Shown here: in pieces, positions 47,017 to 58,090 of the stretch
Layout of the letters: every line of letters starts with the position of its first letter
Position numbering within the stretch: position 1 is the stretch's first letter
Source of the DNA: an uncultured Planctomycetia bacterium
Lineage (GTDB): Bacteria; Omnitrophota; Gorgyraeia; JABMRG01
Assembly (NCBI GenBank): GCA_964634945.1
Contig: CAZWMG010000008.1
Location: forward strand, 268 to 64,267
DNA length: 64,000 nucleotides
Direction of reading: 5' to 3'
The notes under the pieces: model-generated
Database searches by the model: none
The model's input: only the letters and a program-made list of their open reading frames with translations
Told to the model about the DNA's origin: nothing
Position numbers and translations under genes: made by a program

Positions 47017-47269
47017 ATAATGCCCCTTTTTATATAGCAGCTTAATTGAAGCAGGCTGCTATTTCTCACCCTGCCTGCCCTGCCTACGGCAGGTATTCGT
47101 TCAGCGCAAAGCCCACTTCAGCTCCCTGTGAATTTCTGGCTTGCCCTAAACCACTCGTTACTTCGTAACTCGGGTTCAGGGCATTTCACCATTCAAAAAA
47201 CTATATGGCGAAGCCATGAATCTGAGCCATGTACCACTCATTTCATTTGGGTGCATGGCGAATGGTTCA

Positions 47270-47356
<87 letters not shown>

Positions 47357-47472
47357 AGCAGTGTTTAAAGTAGCATTGAGTATAGCAAAAAATATTATAG
47401 CAGGCAAGTTATTTTTGACTTGCATACCGAGAGACCGTTAGTGTAATATATAGAAAAGGGAGATTTAATAGA

Positions 47473-48090
47473 ATGCGTAAAAATTTATTGTTTTATATTA
47501 TAGTGTGTTTGATATTAGCAGGTAGCGTAAACAGCGCGTATGCGCAATTCTGGAAAAAGTGGTTTAATAAGGATGGCCAGGCACAGAAGGTTGAACCTGC
47601 AAAGGAAGCTAAGGCACCTGAAAAACAAGTAAAGAATAGCAGGCCTATCAAGAGCCAAACAGATAAAAAGAAGATCAAAGAATTGTCGCATACTGAGGCT
47701 CAAGCTATCGTTGAAAAGCAGTTGGCGAAAGATATGGAGGAGTTGAAATCATCAGATGCGAACGCTATGGCAGAACAAGCCGCAAAGAGCGCTTCAGAGA
47801 GCGCACAGGAGAAGGCAAAATATAGTTTAGAAGAAAATATAAAACAGGGTGAGACGGCACCGGAGGATATGAGTGATAGTGAAAAAGAAGAACAACTACG
47901 TCAAACGCAGGAACGTGTGGACCAGATACGAAAAACAAATGAGTTCAACAACGCCCAGAAGTCTCTGGATAATATAAACAAGATCAACGAGTTTAATAAG
48001 CAGCAGAAAAGAACAAATGATCTTAACAAGTTAAACAAGCAACAGAAAAATATTGATGATTTAAACAAACTTAACGCCGTAAAAAAATAA
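47473..48090 (+). CDS. Secreted charged/coiled-coil hypothetical protein
   Basis: Signal peptide ending AYA; K/E/Q/N-rich, with a repeated LNKLNKQQK-type tail. Confidence 0.7.
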   Translation: MRKNLLFYIIVCLILAGSVNSAYAQFWKKWFNKDGQAQKVEPAKEAKAPEKQVKNSRPIKSQTDKKKIKELSHTEAQAIVEKQLAKDMEELKSSDANAMAEQAAKSASESAQEKAKYSLEENIKQGETAPEDMSDSEKEEQLRQTQERVDQIRKTNEFNNAQKSLDNINKINEFNKQQKRTNDLNKLNKQQKNIDDLNKLNAVKK

Positions 48091-48109
48091 TTAAAGAGAG
48101 GTTTTTCTC

Positions 48110-48138
48110 TTTACAAGGTAGTATTTTTCTTATATAGT
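48110..48138 (+). promoter_or_regulatory. Probable sigma70 promoter
   Basis: TTTACA-17 bp-TATAGT upstream of 48273. Confidence 0.55.
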
Positions 48139-48272
48139 AAAAATAGGCAGTAAAAATTCGGTGGGGTAGATGGAATCGACGAGGTTTTATATTTAATAAT
48201 TGCACATACTGATTCCCTTTATTTTCACCGACTATAAAAAGTCGGTTTATTTATTTAAAAAAGGAGTAAGAT

Positions 48273-49088
48273 ATGTTAAAGAGAATTGCTATAGTAACTT
48301 GTGTTCTTCTGTATGCAGGTAGTTGTTTTGCGCAAGTTGCGGGCAATACATCAGATCCTAAGATTCCTTATGGGCCAGGTATCGCGAATTTGCAGGCATC
48401 CGGCATGGGCCCTATCAAGGTTGGTTTTGACGCGGATTGGATATTTGACAAGGATCTTAGTGGAGAAAATAGCGTAACCAGCGCGGAATTAGAAGGACAG
48501 AAATACCTCTTTCGTGTCGGCTATACTATAGCGGATAGGTTTGAGCCGTATATTAAAATTGGTACATCACACCTTAAGACATCATGGAACCAAAATAATA
48601 TTCAGGTAAAAGCGAGAGGAGAAGATGGTTTTGCTTTCGGAGTTGGCGGAAAAGCGCTCTTGTACGATATCCCAGAACATAGAATCAGATTCAGCCTTGA
48701 CGGACAATATCTTTATACAGACCCAGGTGTGAAAAGCGCGCATATAGAGGGTTCAGAGCGCTCAATAAGCGCGAGTGAATTTAAAGTAAGTGAGTGGCAG
48801 ATTGCGGGTATCGTGAGCATGGAGTTTGTTATTAATAATGATACTGGTAATTCAGCAACACCTTATTCTGTATTGCCATATTTAGGCATCGCATACGCGG
48901 ATTCAAAGACAGATGTAAAATTTACGACTGTTGATACCACTTATGACATAGGAAGCGCGAAGAGCGACGATAAGTTTGTATTTCTAACAGGCTGTGATAT
49001 AACGGCGCCTGAGAATATGTCCATTAATATTGAAGGAAGGTGGGTAGGTGAGACCGCGGCAAGCGGCGGCTGTACTTTGAAGTTCTAA
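48273..49088 (+). CDS. Outer-membrane beta-barrel protein (chlamydial MOMP-like motifs)
   Basis: Signal peptide, amphipathic strands, C-terminal Phe; GFDADWIFDK, DRFEPY, EWQ, PYLG. Confidence 0.7.
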   Translation: MLKRIAIVTCVLLYAGSCFAQVAGNTSDPKIPYGPGIANLQASGMGPIKVGFDADWIFDKDLSGENSVTSAELEGQKYLFRVGYTIADRFEPYIKIGTSHLKTSWNQNNIQVKARGEDGFAFGVGGKALLYDIPEHRIRFSLDGQYLYTDPGVKSAHIEGSERSISASEFKVSEWQIAGIVSMEFVINNDTGNSATPYSVLPYLGIAYADSKTDVKFTTVDTTYDIGSAKSDDKFVFLTGCDITAPENMSINIEGRWVGETAASGGCTLKF

Positions 49089-49288
49089 TGCTATTTTTTA
49101 AAATAGATGTTTTATTCTAAGTTATAGGCCAAGAAAAACCAAGCCTTGTTTTGCATTTCTAATTTATGTTACGATTGATGCTAATAGTCATATCCTCCTC
49201 AAATTTTATCCTGATAAAAAAATAAAATATTGAATGTGGTAAAACTTTTTAATTCTGATGTAATGTTTAAATCGCGAAAGAAAACCTC

Positions 49289-51271
49289 ATGGCGGATAAG
49301 CGTAAACAAGTAACAGGAATTAATCGCGCAATGTCTCTATCCACTAAATATGTAATTTGGATAATTATATTAATAGCAACACTTTTTTTATCGGCATTAT
49401 TATTAAAAGTAACAATTGAAAACCGACAGAAACATAGTTTTAGCGGAAGAATAATCATTTTAGGCCTTGATGCGGTAAGCCCTGAAATATTAGAGCCTAT
49501 GATGGATCAAGGAGAGCTTCCCAATTTTAACCTATTAAGAGAGAAGGGCTCTTATCACCGCCTCTCTACAACAAATCCCCCTCAATCTCCTGTTGCCTGG
49601 TCGGGTTTTTCAACAGGACAAAATCCAGGCAAAAACGGCATTTTTGACTTTATTTTAAGGGATCCAGATACATATAAGCTTTATCTATCTCTTTTTAAGA
49701 TGGAACATGGTAAGCCCGTAAGGACACTTAAGAGCAAAACTTTCTGGCAGTATCTGTCAGAATCCAATATACCCAGTGTTATAATAGCGTGCCCTGTTAC
49801 TTTTCCTCCCGGTAAAATAAGGGGTAAAATGCTTTCTGGTATGGGCGTCCCCGATCTATCGGGCCATCAACAGACATATACATTTTATACAAGTGAGGCA
49901 ATCAGAAGAAATATATATTTAGGTGGCCGCGTATTCCATGTTGATAAAGCGCCCGTCATGATTATGGATCTCCTAGGGCCTAAGGTTGCTTTAATAAATA
50001 AGAGACCCGATGATGTAAAAGTCCCATTTAGGGTTAAGCTTGAACAAGAAAAAAAAGTGCTAATCGAGTACCAGAACGAGAGCATAGAATTAGAGCAGGG
50101 ACAGTGGAGCAACTGGTGCGAGGTAGAATTTAAGCTCGGACTGTTTAAAAGGGCTAAGGGAATATTTAAATTCTGTCTTATATCCATAGAACCAGAATTC
50201 AAACTATATATAAGCCCTATAAATTTCGATCCTAGAAGCCCCTTGTTTGATATCTCGCATCCTAAGGGGTACAGCAAAGAACTTTTCCGCGAAATAGGAT
50301 TTTATCATACTCAGGGGATGCCGATGGATATGTGGGCGCTAAATCAGGGTAGGCTTTCAGATAGTCTTTTTCAGGATGAAGTGAAAAACATATTAAATGA
50401 AAAACGATCCATGCTTAATTATGAAATGTCTAATTTCAAGAAAGGTTTGTTGTTTTGTTATTTTGAATCGTTGGATGTAATTCAGCATATGTACTGGCGA
50501 TACATAGATATAGGGCACTCTCTTTATGAGGGCAAAGCTCCTGATGGGTACAAAACTTTGATAAAGAAATGGTATAAGAAGTTTGACTCTGTTTTAGGCG
50601 ATGTTATATCTCAATTAAAGCCTAATGATACATTAATCGTCTTATCTGACCATGGCTTTGGCAATTTTAGAAGGGCAGTACACCTAAATACCTGGCTTAA
50701 AGACAACGGTTACTTAGTCCTTAAAGATGGGTGCATTATAGGTAGAGATTCTTTAGTTGATGTAGATTGGGATAAGACAAAAGCTTACGCCCTAGGTTAC
50801 GGCGCAATCTATATAAATCAAAAGGGAAGAGAACGTTTTGGTATAGTAGAAAAAGGGGCAGAAGCAGATGCGATTAAGGAAGAGATATGTAAAAAGATAG
50901 AGCAATTGATAGATACAAAACATAACCAACCTATTGTGAGCAAGGCATATGATGGTAAAGATATATTTATCGGCAAATACGCGGATTTAGGCCCTGATAT
51001 ATACATAGGCTTTAATAAAGGATACAGGGCGTCATGGAAGACAGCTTTTGGGGGAGAGGGAAAGGGTGTAGTAGATGATAACTTGCAAAAGTGGTCTGGT
51101 TCGCATCTTTTCGATCCGGCTCTTGTGCCAGGAGTAATACTTTCAAACAGAAAGATAAAAAATAATAACCCCTCAATATACGATATAGCCCCTACTGTAT
51201 TAAAGATCACAGGTTCAAGCCAGAATAGGCTTGATAAATGTGATTTTGATGGCAAGCCTCTTTTGCAATAA
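49289..51271 (+). CDS. Alkaline phosphatase superfamily / type I phosphodiesterase
   Basis: ILGLDA, PPQSPVAWS..STG.NPG..GIFDF, D.IQH..W, VLSDHGFG, DIAPTVL. Confidence 0.85.
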   Translation: MADKRKQVTGINRAMSLSTKYVIWIIILIATLFLSALLLKVTIENRQKHSFSGRIIILGLDAVSPEILEPMMDQGELPNFNLLREKGSYHRLSTTNPPQSPVAWSGFSTGQNPGKNGIFDFILRDPDTYKLYLSLFKMEHGKPVRTLKSKTFWQYLSESNIPSVIIACPVTFPPGKIRGKMLSGMGVPDLSGHQQTYTFYTSEAIRRNIYLGGRVFHVDKAPVMIMDLLGPKVALINKRPDDVKVPFRVKLEQEKKVLIEYQNESIELEQGQWSNWCEVEFKLGLFKRAKGIFKFCLISIEPEFKLYISPINFDPRSPLFDISHPKGYSKELFREIGFYHTQGMPMDMWALNQGRLSDSLFQDEVKNILNEKRSMLNYEMSNFKKGLLFCYFESLDVIQHMYWRYIDIGHSLYEGKAPDGYKTLIKKWYKKFDSVLGDVISQLKPNDTLIVLSDHGFGNFRRAVHLNTWLKDNGYLVLKDGCIIGRDSLVDVDWDKTKAYALGYGAIYINQKGRERFGIVEKGAEADAIKEEICKKIEQLIDTKHNQPIVSKAYDGKDIFIGKYADLGPDIYIGFNKGYRASWKTAFGGEGKGVVDDNLQKWSGSHLFDPALVPGVILSNRKIKNNNPSIYDIAPTVLKITGSSQNRLDKCDFDGKPLLQ

Positions 51272-51547
51272 TCCACGCGGTTATGAGTGTAGCGCTATCT
51301 TCTATTATGAATATTTTCATCAATTGTAGATTAGCTGCTGTTGTAGATAATGGGACAGAGCAGCTATATTACAATGGCCTATTACCACCATATTAGTCTT
51401 CTTTTTTTTCTGATTTTAGTGTATACTATTTTTAAAAGGTAGCACTTTTTTCAGCTACAGAGGTATTCCAGGGAATATTCTGCCTGTATATGGTGTACAT
51501 TTTGTAATCACAGGTTCGATATGAGACAATAAAAATAAACAGAGTAT

Positions 51548-52429
51548 ATGAAAAATGTTTTTTTACCTAAAATAAGCATTGGCGTGCCGATATACAATGA
51601 ATCGGAAAATATTGACGAGCTGATAAAAAGCATACTAATCCAGATAGATATCGATATCAGCGAGGTTATTTTTATTGCGAGTGGTTGTACCGATGATTCC
51701 GTAAAAAAGGTTAAGCGTTATGTAGCAGAGAATCCACATTTTGTTTTGCTTGAGGAAGCAAGGCGCAACGGTAAGGCAGCGGCAATAAACCTTTTTCTAA
51801 AGAGAGCAGGTGGTAATATCCGCGTTATTCTTAGCTCGGATATTGTGTTGGATAAGAATTGCTTATCTTACTTAATAAGGCCTTTTAAACAGGAAGATAT
51901 TGGTATGACGGGTGCTCATGCTGTGCCCGCATCTAACAGTATTGGATTTGTATCTTCACTAAATAGAGTTCTTTGGGGGATCAATAACCAATTTAACAAG
52001 AAGAGCCCCAAATTAGGTGAGGCTGTTGCATTTAGAGACACAATGGACAGTATTCCCTGCGACACCGCTGTTGATGAGGCAAGTATAGAGGCTTTTTTTG
52101 TAAAGAGAGGTTTTAAGCTTTACTATGCAAATAGTGCAATCATATATAATAAATGCCCTTTGAAGATAAAGGACATTATTATGCAGAGAGTAAGAATTTA
52201 TTGGGGGCATATTGACGTAAAATCAAGTTCGGGATACGCAGTAGGTAGCATGAGTTTTTTATTAGCGATAAAAGCGGCTACTAATTATCTTATTTGCAAT
52301 CCCCGTTTATTTTTAGTATTTTTTTGCTTATGCATCCTGGAAGTAGTTAGCCGTATGACAGCTTTTTTTATGTACTATTTTACAGACAGGCCTGCGTTGT
52401 TTATCTGGTACACGTATAAAAAAGGATAA
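51548..52429 (+). CDS. Glycosyltransferase family 2
   Basis: IGVPIYNESENI, GCTDDS, GKAAAIN, QRVR. Confidence 0.88.
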   Translation: MKNVFLPKISIGVPIYNESENIDELIKSILIQIDIDISEVIFIASGCTDDSVKKVKRYVAENPHFVLLEEARRNGKAAAINLFLKRAGGNIRVILSSDIVLDKNCLSYLIRPFKQEDIGMTGAHAVPASNSIGFVSSLNRVLWGINNQFNKKSPKLGEAVAFRDTMDSIPCDTAVDEASIEAFFVKRGFKLYYANSAIIYNKCPLKIKDIIMQRVRIYWGHIDVKSSSGYAVGSMSFLLAIKAATNYLICNPRLFLVFFCLCILEVVSRMTAFFMYYFTDRPALFIWYTYKKG

Positions 52430-52441
52430 AGAGTATTTAGT

Positions 52442-54073
52442 ATGAAAGGTATACATATAAAGCGCTTAAAGATAGCGGGCTTTATTTCAATATTTCTCGG
52501 AGCATTGATCTTACGTATTTATGATATCAATAAATACGATTTATGGTTTGATGAGCTGGCATCAAATTATTATTCCTATCAGAATGTTAGCATGCTTGTT
52601 AAATTAGGCCGAACATCTATACTCAATGTTTTTATGCAGTATATTGCGTGCGATCCATCTTCCATATTCTATTATCTCGTTATTTATGTTTATAGTTTTT
52701 TATTTGGTGCGGCGAAAGCATTGAGGTTACTGTCCGTAGTCTTTAGCGTTTCCAGCCTTGTGGTGCTTTATAAATTGGCGCGCCAATTTTTCGATAAAAA
52801 GACGAGTATTTATGCACTTTTGCTTATGGCATTAAGCCCTATGCAGATATGGTATTCGCAAGAGGCGAGGGTGTATTCCATGGTCTCTTTTTTGGCTATC
52901 TCAACAGTATATTTTTATGTGCGAGCGCTGAAGACAGACAAGTTATTATATTTATTTTTATTTATGTTATCGTGTATAAGTGCTTGTTACGCAAGTTATT
53001 ATTCAGTATTTCTATTTTTGCCTATGGGCATTATGTTTATATGCAGTAAATATAAGCGAAATAACACAAGATGGTCGATAGCAGTCGTTATGATTCTGCT
53101 ATTAATTATCCCCTTGCTCTATACTTTTAAGATTCAGTGGACTTATATAAAAGATGGATTTTGGGTCTTGCCCCCATCGTTAAGGGTTACGTTAAGCACA
53201 TTTGCTGTTTTTGTTCTAGGGTATTCATCGACCATGTGGCAGATATGCACTGCCCCTGTTATTTTTCTAAGCTTGTATATTTATGGCGCCTATTCCTATT
53301 ATCATGATAATAGGAATAATTCGATAATTCTGTCACTATTTTTCCTGTTTCCAGTAACAGCGACCTATTTTATTTCAAAGCATATAACCCCACTGTATCT
53401 GTATAGGCAACTTCTTATGTATTGCCCGTTCTATTATATGTTTATAGCAAAAGGCATATTAAGCATAAGAAATAGCGCGCTTAAGAAGGGCGTTACTTTG
53501 TTGATCTTTACATTTATGGCGATTTCACTTATCAATTATTATAATAACTTTATACTGGCTTTTCCAGAAAGTAATAAAGATTTTTACCCGGGCATACATC
53601 TTAAGAAGAGTTATGCTAGTTTGATGCATTTAATAGAGGAAAGATCGAAAGCAGGAGACGCTATAGTAGCGACAGATATCCAATCTTTCGTTATTTTAGG
53701 CGCTTATTTTCAAGGCCATATTATACAAAAAAATGTTATCAGCGTTGGCTATTTGTTCTATCCATACGCAGCCGAGAGTTGCTTAGGTACAAAAGCTATG
53801 ATGCAGTCTTTAGGAATGGATACAATGGCTTTAAAAACAAGGAAACTTACAGGGTGGTGGTTAAAAGAAAGAGTAGAAGCATCTGTCAAAGAAGGGCTTG
53901 AATTTTCTAATTTTTCGCGCGTGTGGATAGTCTCCTCGGCCTGGCATCTCCGTGGCGATTTGAATAAAAATTCTAAGGATATTAGAAATAGTATGCTTAG
54001 CAAACATAAAAAATTGCTGTCAAAAGAAAAAGACGGCATCTATATAGATCTTTTTCAGGTTGTTTCTGAGTGA
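52442..54073 (+). CDS. GT-C membrane glycosyltransferase (PMT/ArnT-like)
   Basis: LWFDE, LRLLSV, YSQEARVYS; many TM helices. Confidence 0.82.
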   Translation: MKGIHIKRLKIAGFISIFLGALILRIYDINKYDLWFDELASNYYSYQNVSMLVKLGRTSILNVFMQYIACDPSSIFYYLVIYVYSFLFGAAKALRLLSVVFSVSSLVVLYKLARQFFDKKTSIYALLLMALSPMQIWYSQEARVYSMVSFLAISTVYFYVRALKTDKLLYLFLFMLSCISACYASYYSVFLFLPMGIMFICSKYKRNNTRWSIAVVMILLLIIPLLYTFKIQWTYIKDGFWVLPPSLRVTLSTFAVFVLGYSSTMWQICTAPVIFLSLYIYGAYSYYHDNRNNSIILSLFFLFPVTATYFISKHITPLYLYRQLLMYCPFYYMFIAKGILSIRNSALKKGVTLLIFTFMAISLINYYNNFILAFPESNKDFYPGIHLKKSYASLMHLIEERSKAGDAIVATDIQSFVILGAYFQGHIIQKNVISVGYLFYPYAAESCLGTKAMMQSLGMDTMALKTRKLTGWWLKERVEASVKEGLEFSNFSRVWIVSSAWHLRGDLNKNSKDIRNSMLSKHKKLLSKEKDGIYIDLFQVVSE

Positions 54074-54198
54074 TAGCAACGCAATTCATCAGCAATAATT
54101 ACAAAGCTAATAAGATGTTTAGTAGGGTAAAAAAACTTTTCAACTTCAGGAATTGTTTAGGCAGAGAATATAATAAAAATTTTATGTAAGAGAGGCAA

Positions 54199-55809
54199 GT
54201 GATTATGCGAACACAAAAAGGTAATTTTTTTTACATATGTAAAAAAAATGTGACCTTGTTATTGGTTTTGTTGGCAACATTTGTTCTCCAGATTTTTTAT
54301 GCCGCAACAGAAAGCCTGTGGTTAGATGAATTTTTCAGTTGGGCAGTGATTAAAAGGCCCCTGAAAGAAATACTTTTCCTGCAAAAAGATTTCGCTCGCT
54401 GGTATATGAATAGCTTCCCCCCTCTTTATGAGGTGATTGTTCGCTTTTTTATTCAGATGGTGCCTATTAAAAATGATTTGATACTTCGTCTTCCATCAAT
54501 AATTTTCTATTTAGTAACCATTATATTGGTATATATGCTTACAGTGAAGATTTCCAGAAAGCGAGAATCGGGAGTTCTTGCAGCGTTTTTAGTTGCATTT
54601 AATTCAGCTTATTTTTCTCATGGCTATATGTTACGAGGTTATTTGTTCCTAACAGGTCTTTGCGTTTTGTCACTTTTTTTAGTTTATCAGTTTTTGACAT
54701 CAAAGCATAAAATTAAATACCTTGTTTTTATTTCACTGGTAAACTGCTGTATGGTCTATACATCTTATATCTCATTTGTTGTAATAATTGTTGAGGGACT
54801 GTTCTTGTATTCCTGCGCGTTAAGGCGCAATGATAAAAAAACTATACCATATATCATTGGTAGCTTTCTTATGCCTTTTATAGCCTTCCTCCCATGGGTT
54901 CATAATTTTGGAGTTGATTGTTTCTTAGAATCAGTCTCTACCTCAAGTAACACGCCTTATGAGAGGCTTGTAAGTCTCTTCTCAGGTAGTAACAGGATAT
55001 TTTTTGCCCATGCGATATTATTTCCGATAAGTTACTTCTATTGCTATAAGAAATTTAAGGACATTAGAAGGCTATTTTTTTTACTGCTTGCTGAGTTATT
55101 TTTTATATACCTTTTTTTGTGTGCATTTTTTATCGACCCGATTAACATAAGATACGTTTTGCCGATTTTGTTTATACCAGTCTTGTTCAATAGCATCTTT
55201 ATTGTTATGCTGAAAAAAAGTGCCCAGCTTGTATTGATAGCACCTCTCGTATTAGCTACTCTTTTTAGCGCAGGTAAATATAAGTTTCATGTTGATGAGC
55301 ATTTAGTTGATATCAAGAGCGTGGCTTATTATATTAACTCTCATGATTATGAGCCTAAGAGAACTATGATATTTTTTGAAGATATAATGGTTATGCCGGG
55401 ATTTTTTTATTATTTTTTAAGCCCAAAAGAAGCCTACTCTGCGACAGCGCCATTTTATGGATATTTTTTAAAGATCAACGAATCCCTTGCAGATAAAGAT
55501 ATCACTACCTGGGGAAATTGCCTTGGAGTGAGTTATTACGCGGATAATTTGATAATGCAAGATGACCATGATATACTTGTTTTGGTCGATACCGGTTATT
55601 TTAGACATGACATAGGTATCTATACAGATATAAGCGGTGAGGAAAATTTTATTAGGTCTTTTGAGAGGCAGGCAAAAGAAAGAGGCGCCCCCTACCAGCT
55701 AGTAGAGAAGAAGATTTTTAACGGGTATGTGGTAGCTACTTATAAAAAAAGTCAAGATTCACATTGGCGAAGCAATGCGCTATGGTCTTTGTTTTTAGAT
55801 AAGAACTGA
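54199..55809 (+). CDS. GT-C membrane glycosyltransferase
   Basis: SLWLDE, PPLY, LRLPS, LRGY; many TM helices. Confidence 0.8.
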   Translation: MIMRTQKGNFFYICKKNVTLLLVLLATFVLQIFYAATESLWLDEFFSWAVIKRPLKEILFLQKDFARWYMNSFPPLYEVIVRFFIQMVPIKNDLILRLPSIIFYLVTIILVYMLTVKISRKRESGVLAAFLVAFNSAYFSHGYMLRGYLFLTGLCVLSLFLVYQFLTSKHKIKYLVFISLVNCCMVYTSYISFVVIIVEGLFLYSCALRRNDKKTIPYIIGSFLMPFIAFLPWVHNFGVDCFLESVSTSSNTPYERLVSLFSGSNRIFFAHAILFPISYFYCYKKFKDIRRLFFLLLAELFFIYLFLCAFFIDPINIRYVLPILFIPVLFNSIFIVMLKKSAQLVLIAPLVLATLFSAGKYKFHVDEHLVDIKSVAYYINSHDYEPKRTMIFFEDIMVMPGFFYYFLSPKEAYSATAPFYGYFLKINESLADKDITTWGNCLGVSYYADNLIMQDDHDILVLVDTGYFRHDIGIYTDISGEENFIRSFERQAKERGAPYQLVEKKIFNGYVVATYKKSQDSHWRSNALWSLFLDKN

Positions 55810-55889
55810 TTTGCGTATTAAATTAAAAGTTATTTTTGAATCTTATTTGTCTACCTAAATGCGCTTGTGGTAAACGAAGATATTATAAT

Positions 55890-56627
55890 ATGAATAAGAA
55901 TATAAGAAAATTTTATCAAGCAGCTATAACGGAACGTGAGGGGGTAGGTACTGCTTATGAATACTTAGTCAAATACAGGCTGCTAAGTAAAGTTGTTAAT
56001 GAGAAAAAAAATAGCAATATCTTGGTTGCGGGATTGCCTGAAAAATATGGCTATAGCCTTGATTTCATTTTATTAAGTGAAGAAAACGATTGTAACTGTG
56101 AGGTTGTTGACGAGCGAATTGAGAAGCTGAATGGGATTAGAGGGATCTTTGAAAAAATCCATAAAGACGCGATATCTGTTCGATTGTGTGATCTATATAA
56201 TTTGGAAAACATTTATACGCAAAAGCATTTTGACCTAGCTTTTTCCTGCGAGGTTCTTCAGAGACTTTCTTCGGAGGATCAGATCCAGTATATAAGGTCT
56301 TTAAAAAGAATAGCTAAGAATGTAATTTTATTTGTTCCTAATGGTGATAATAGAAGCCATAAGGCTTCTTCAGGCTTGAATAGCATTACTCGTAAAGAGC
56401 TTGTTGGCCAATTTAATGCTTTAAATGGTTGCGAATATCGCGATATAGGTTATCTGGATATCCCCCCTTGGCCGCCAGGCGTTAAGGATAACCCCCTTAA
56501 GGGCCGTATTGGTAGGACACTTTGTAACATTTTATTAAATATCTTGCAGATTATTTCCGTGCTTGAACCATTTTATCCGAAGTCCGTTAAGTCAAAATAT
56601 GCCCATTTGATATATGTTATAACGTAG
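55890..56627 (+). CDS. Class I SAM-dependent methyltransferase-like protein
   Basis: FDLAFSCEVLQ..YIRSLKRIAK.VILFVPN; the motif I region is atypical. Confidence 0.55.
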   Translation: MNKNIRKFYQAAITEREGVGTAYEYLVKYRLLSKVVNEKKNSNILVAGLPEKYGYSLDFILLSEENDCNCEVVDERIEKLNGIRGIFEKIHKDAISVRLCDLYNLENIYTQKHFDLAFSCEVLQRLSSEDQIQYIRSLKRIAKNVILFVPNGDNRSHKASSGLNSITRKELVGQFNALNGCEYRDIGYLDIPPWPPGVKDNPLKGRIGRTLCNILLNILQIISVLEPFYPKSVKSKYAHLIYVIT

Positions 56628-56701
56628 CCCCGTAAGTATTTTGTTAGAAATCCTGTAATTTTGCTGCTGTATTTTGCTATGTAGCATTGCGAAAGTAGAA
56701 A

Positions 56702-58090
56702 ATGAAAAAACATAAAAAGCTGTTTCTTGTTATTGTTCTAGTGTGTGCTCAAATTATCGGATGTGCTTTGCCTGTGAAGCAAAATAACGAAAGGCCAAAT
56801 ATCATTTTAATTATTAACGATAGTTTGCGCGCAGATCGCTTAGGCTGCTATGGATATGGTAATGAAATCAGTCCTAATATAGATAAGTTAGCCCATGAAG
56901 GCGCACTCTTTACAAATGCTATTAGTCAAGCAGGGTATACACTGCCTTCTATCGCCTCCATCTTAACATCTAAATCTCCTCTAGCGCATGGGGCATATAC
57001 ACAATACCATAGATTGGGCAATGAAGAGAATACATTGGCAGAAATATTAAAGAGAAATGGTTACAAAACAGTCGCCTTTGTTGGAGGAGGGTATACAAGC
57101 AAAATATATGGATTAGATCAGGGCTTTGATATATATGAGGAAACTTATTGGGGAAGAATAGAGGAAGTCAATGGATTAGCGTTTGATTGGTTAAAGAACA
57201 ATAAGGACAAACCATTCTTTCTAATGTTGCATCACTATACAACCCATGACCCTTACGAGCCGCCAAAGCCTTTCAGCCGATTGTACGCGGACGTTGGCTA
57301 TAAAGGTATATATAGGGAGATGTTTTTAAATTATCTCTGCCTGGGAAAGATTAACAAAGGTGAGTTAAAAGTAGATAAGGCTGATATTCAGTATATTATT
57401 TCACAGTATGATGGAGATGTAAGCAATTGTGATCAGCGCCTAGGCGAGCTATTTAAATTGCTTAAAGATTTAAATTTGTATTCTAATTCTATTATCATAT
57501 TAACTGCTGATCATGGTGAAGACTTGATGGAGCACAATACTTTCTCTCATGGCGATATTTACGATCAGATTATACGCATACCATTAATTTTTAGGTATCC
57601 TCATATGCCTGCAGAGAATAGAAAGATAGATTCTGATATTGAGGCGATAGACATATTCCCTACGGTTTTGGATATTTTGCAAATCAATATACAAAAATAT
57701 TGGGATATAGAAGGATCCAGTTTTTTGCCCCTACTCTTAGGTGGGAGAGGCCCAGGAGAGCGCTTAATATTCAGCCTGGGCCATGACATAGAAAAAAATA
57801 TGCGTATATCATTAAGAAGTCAGGATTTTAAAATAGTTTTTGTATTGGATAAGCGTAGCTGGTTTTTGCCGGCATCGAAATTAGAAATAGAACGTGTTGA
57901 ATTTTACAATCTTAAAAAAGACCCGGAGGAGTTAGTAGATTGCGCTTATACAGAACCAGAAAGGTGCTTGGATTTAAAGAGAAAATTACTCAAATATCTA
58001 GATACAATAGATACGATTTTAGGCAAAAATGAAATTGTGATGGATGAAGGAACCAGGAGTAGATTAAAATCATTAGGTTATCTTCAATGA
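56702..58090 (+). CDS. Sulfatase-like hydrolase (probable lipoprotein)
   Basis: PNIILIINDSLRAD, TLPS.ASILT, HDPY, ADHGE, LKSLGYL. Confidence 0.85.
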   Translation: MKKHKKLFLVIVLVCAQIIGCALPVKQNNERPNIILIINDSLRADRLGCYGYGNEISPNIDKLAHEGALFTNAISQAGYTLPSIASILTSKSPLAHGAYTQYHRLGNEENTLAEILKRNGYKTVAFVGGGYTSKIYGLDQGFDIYEETYWGRIEEVNGLAFDWLKNNKDKPFFLMLHHYTTHDPYEPPKPFSRLYADVGYKGIYREMFLNYLCLGKINKGELKVDKADIQYIISQYDGDVSNCDQRLGELFKLLKDLNLYSNSIIILTADHGEDLMEHNTFSHGDIYDQIIRIPLIFRYPHMPAENRKIDSDIEAIDIFPTVLDILQINIQKYWDIEGSSFLPLLLGGRGPGERLIFSLGHDIEKNMRISLRSQDFKIVFVLDKRSWFLPASKLEIERVEFYNLKKDPEELVDCAYTEPERCLDLKRKLLKYLDTIDTILGKNEIVMDEGTRSRLKSLGYLQ

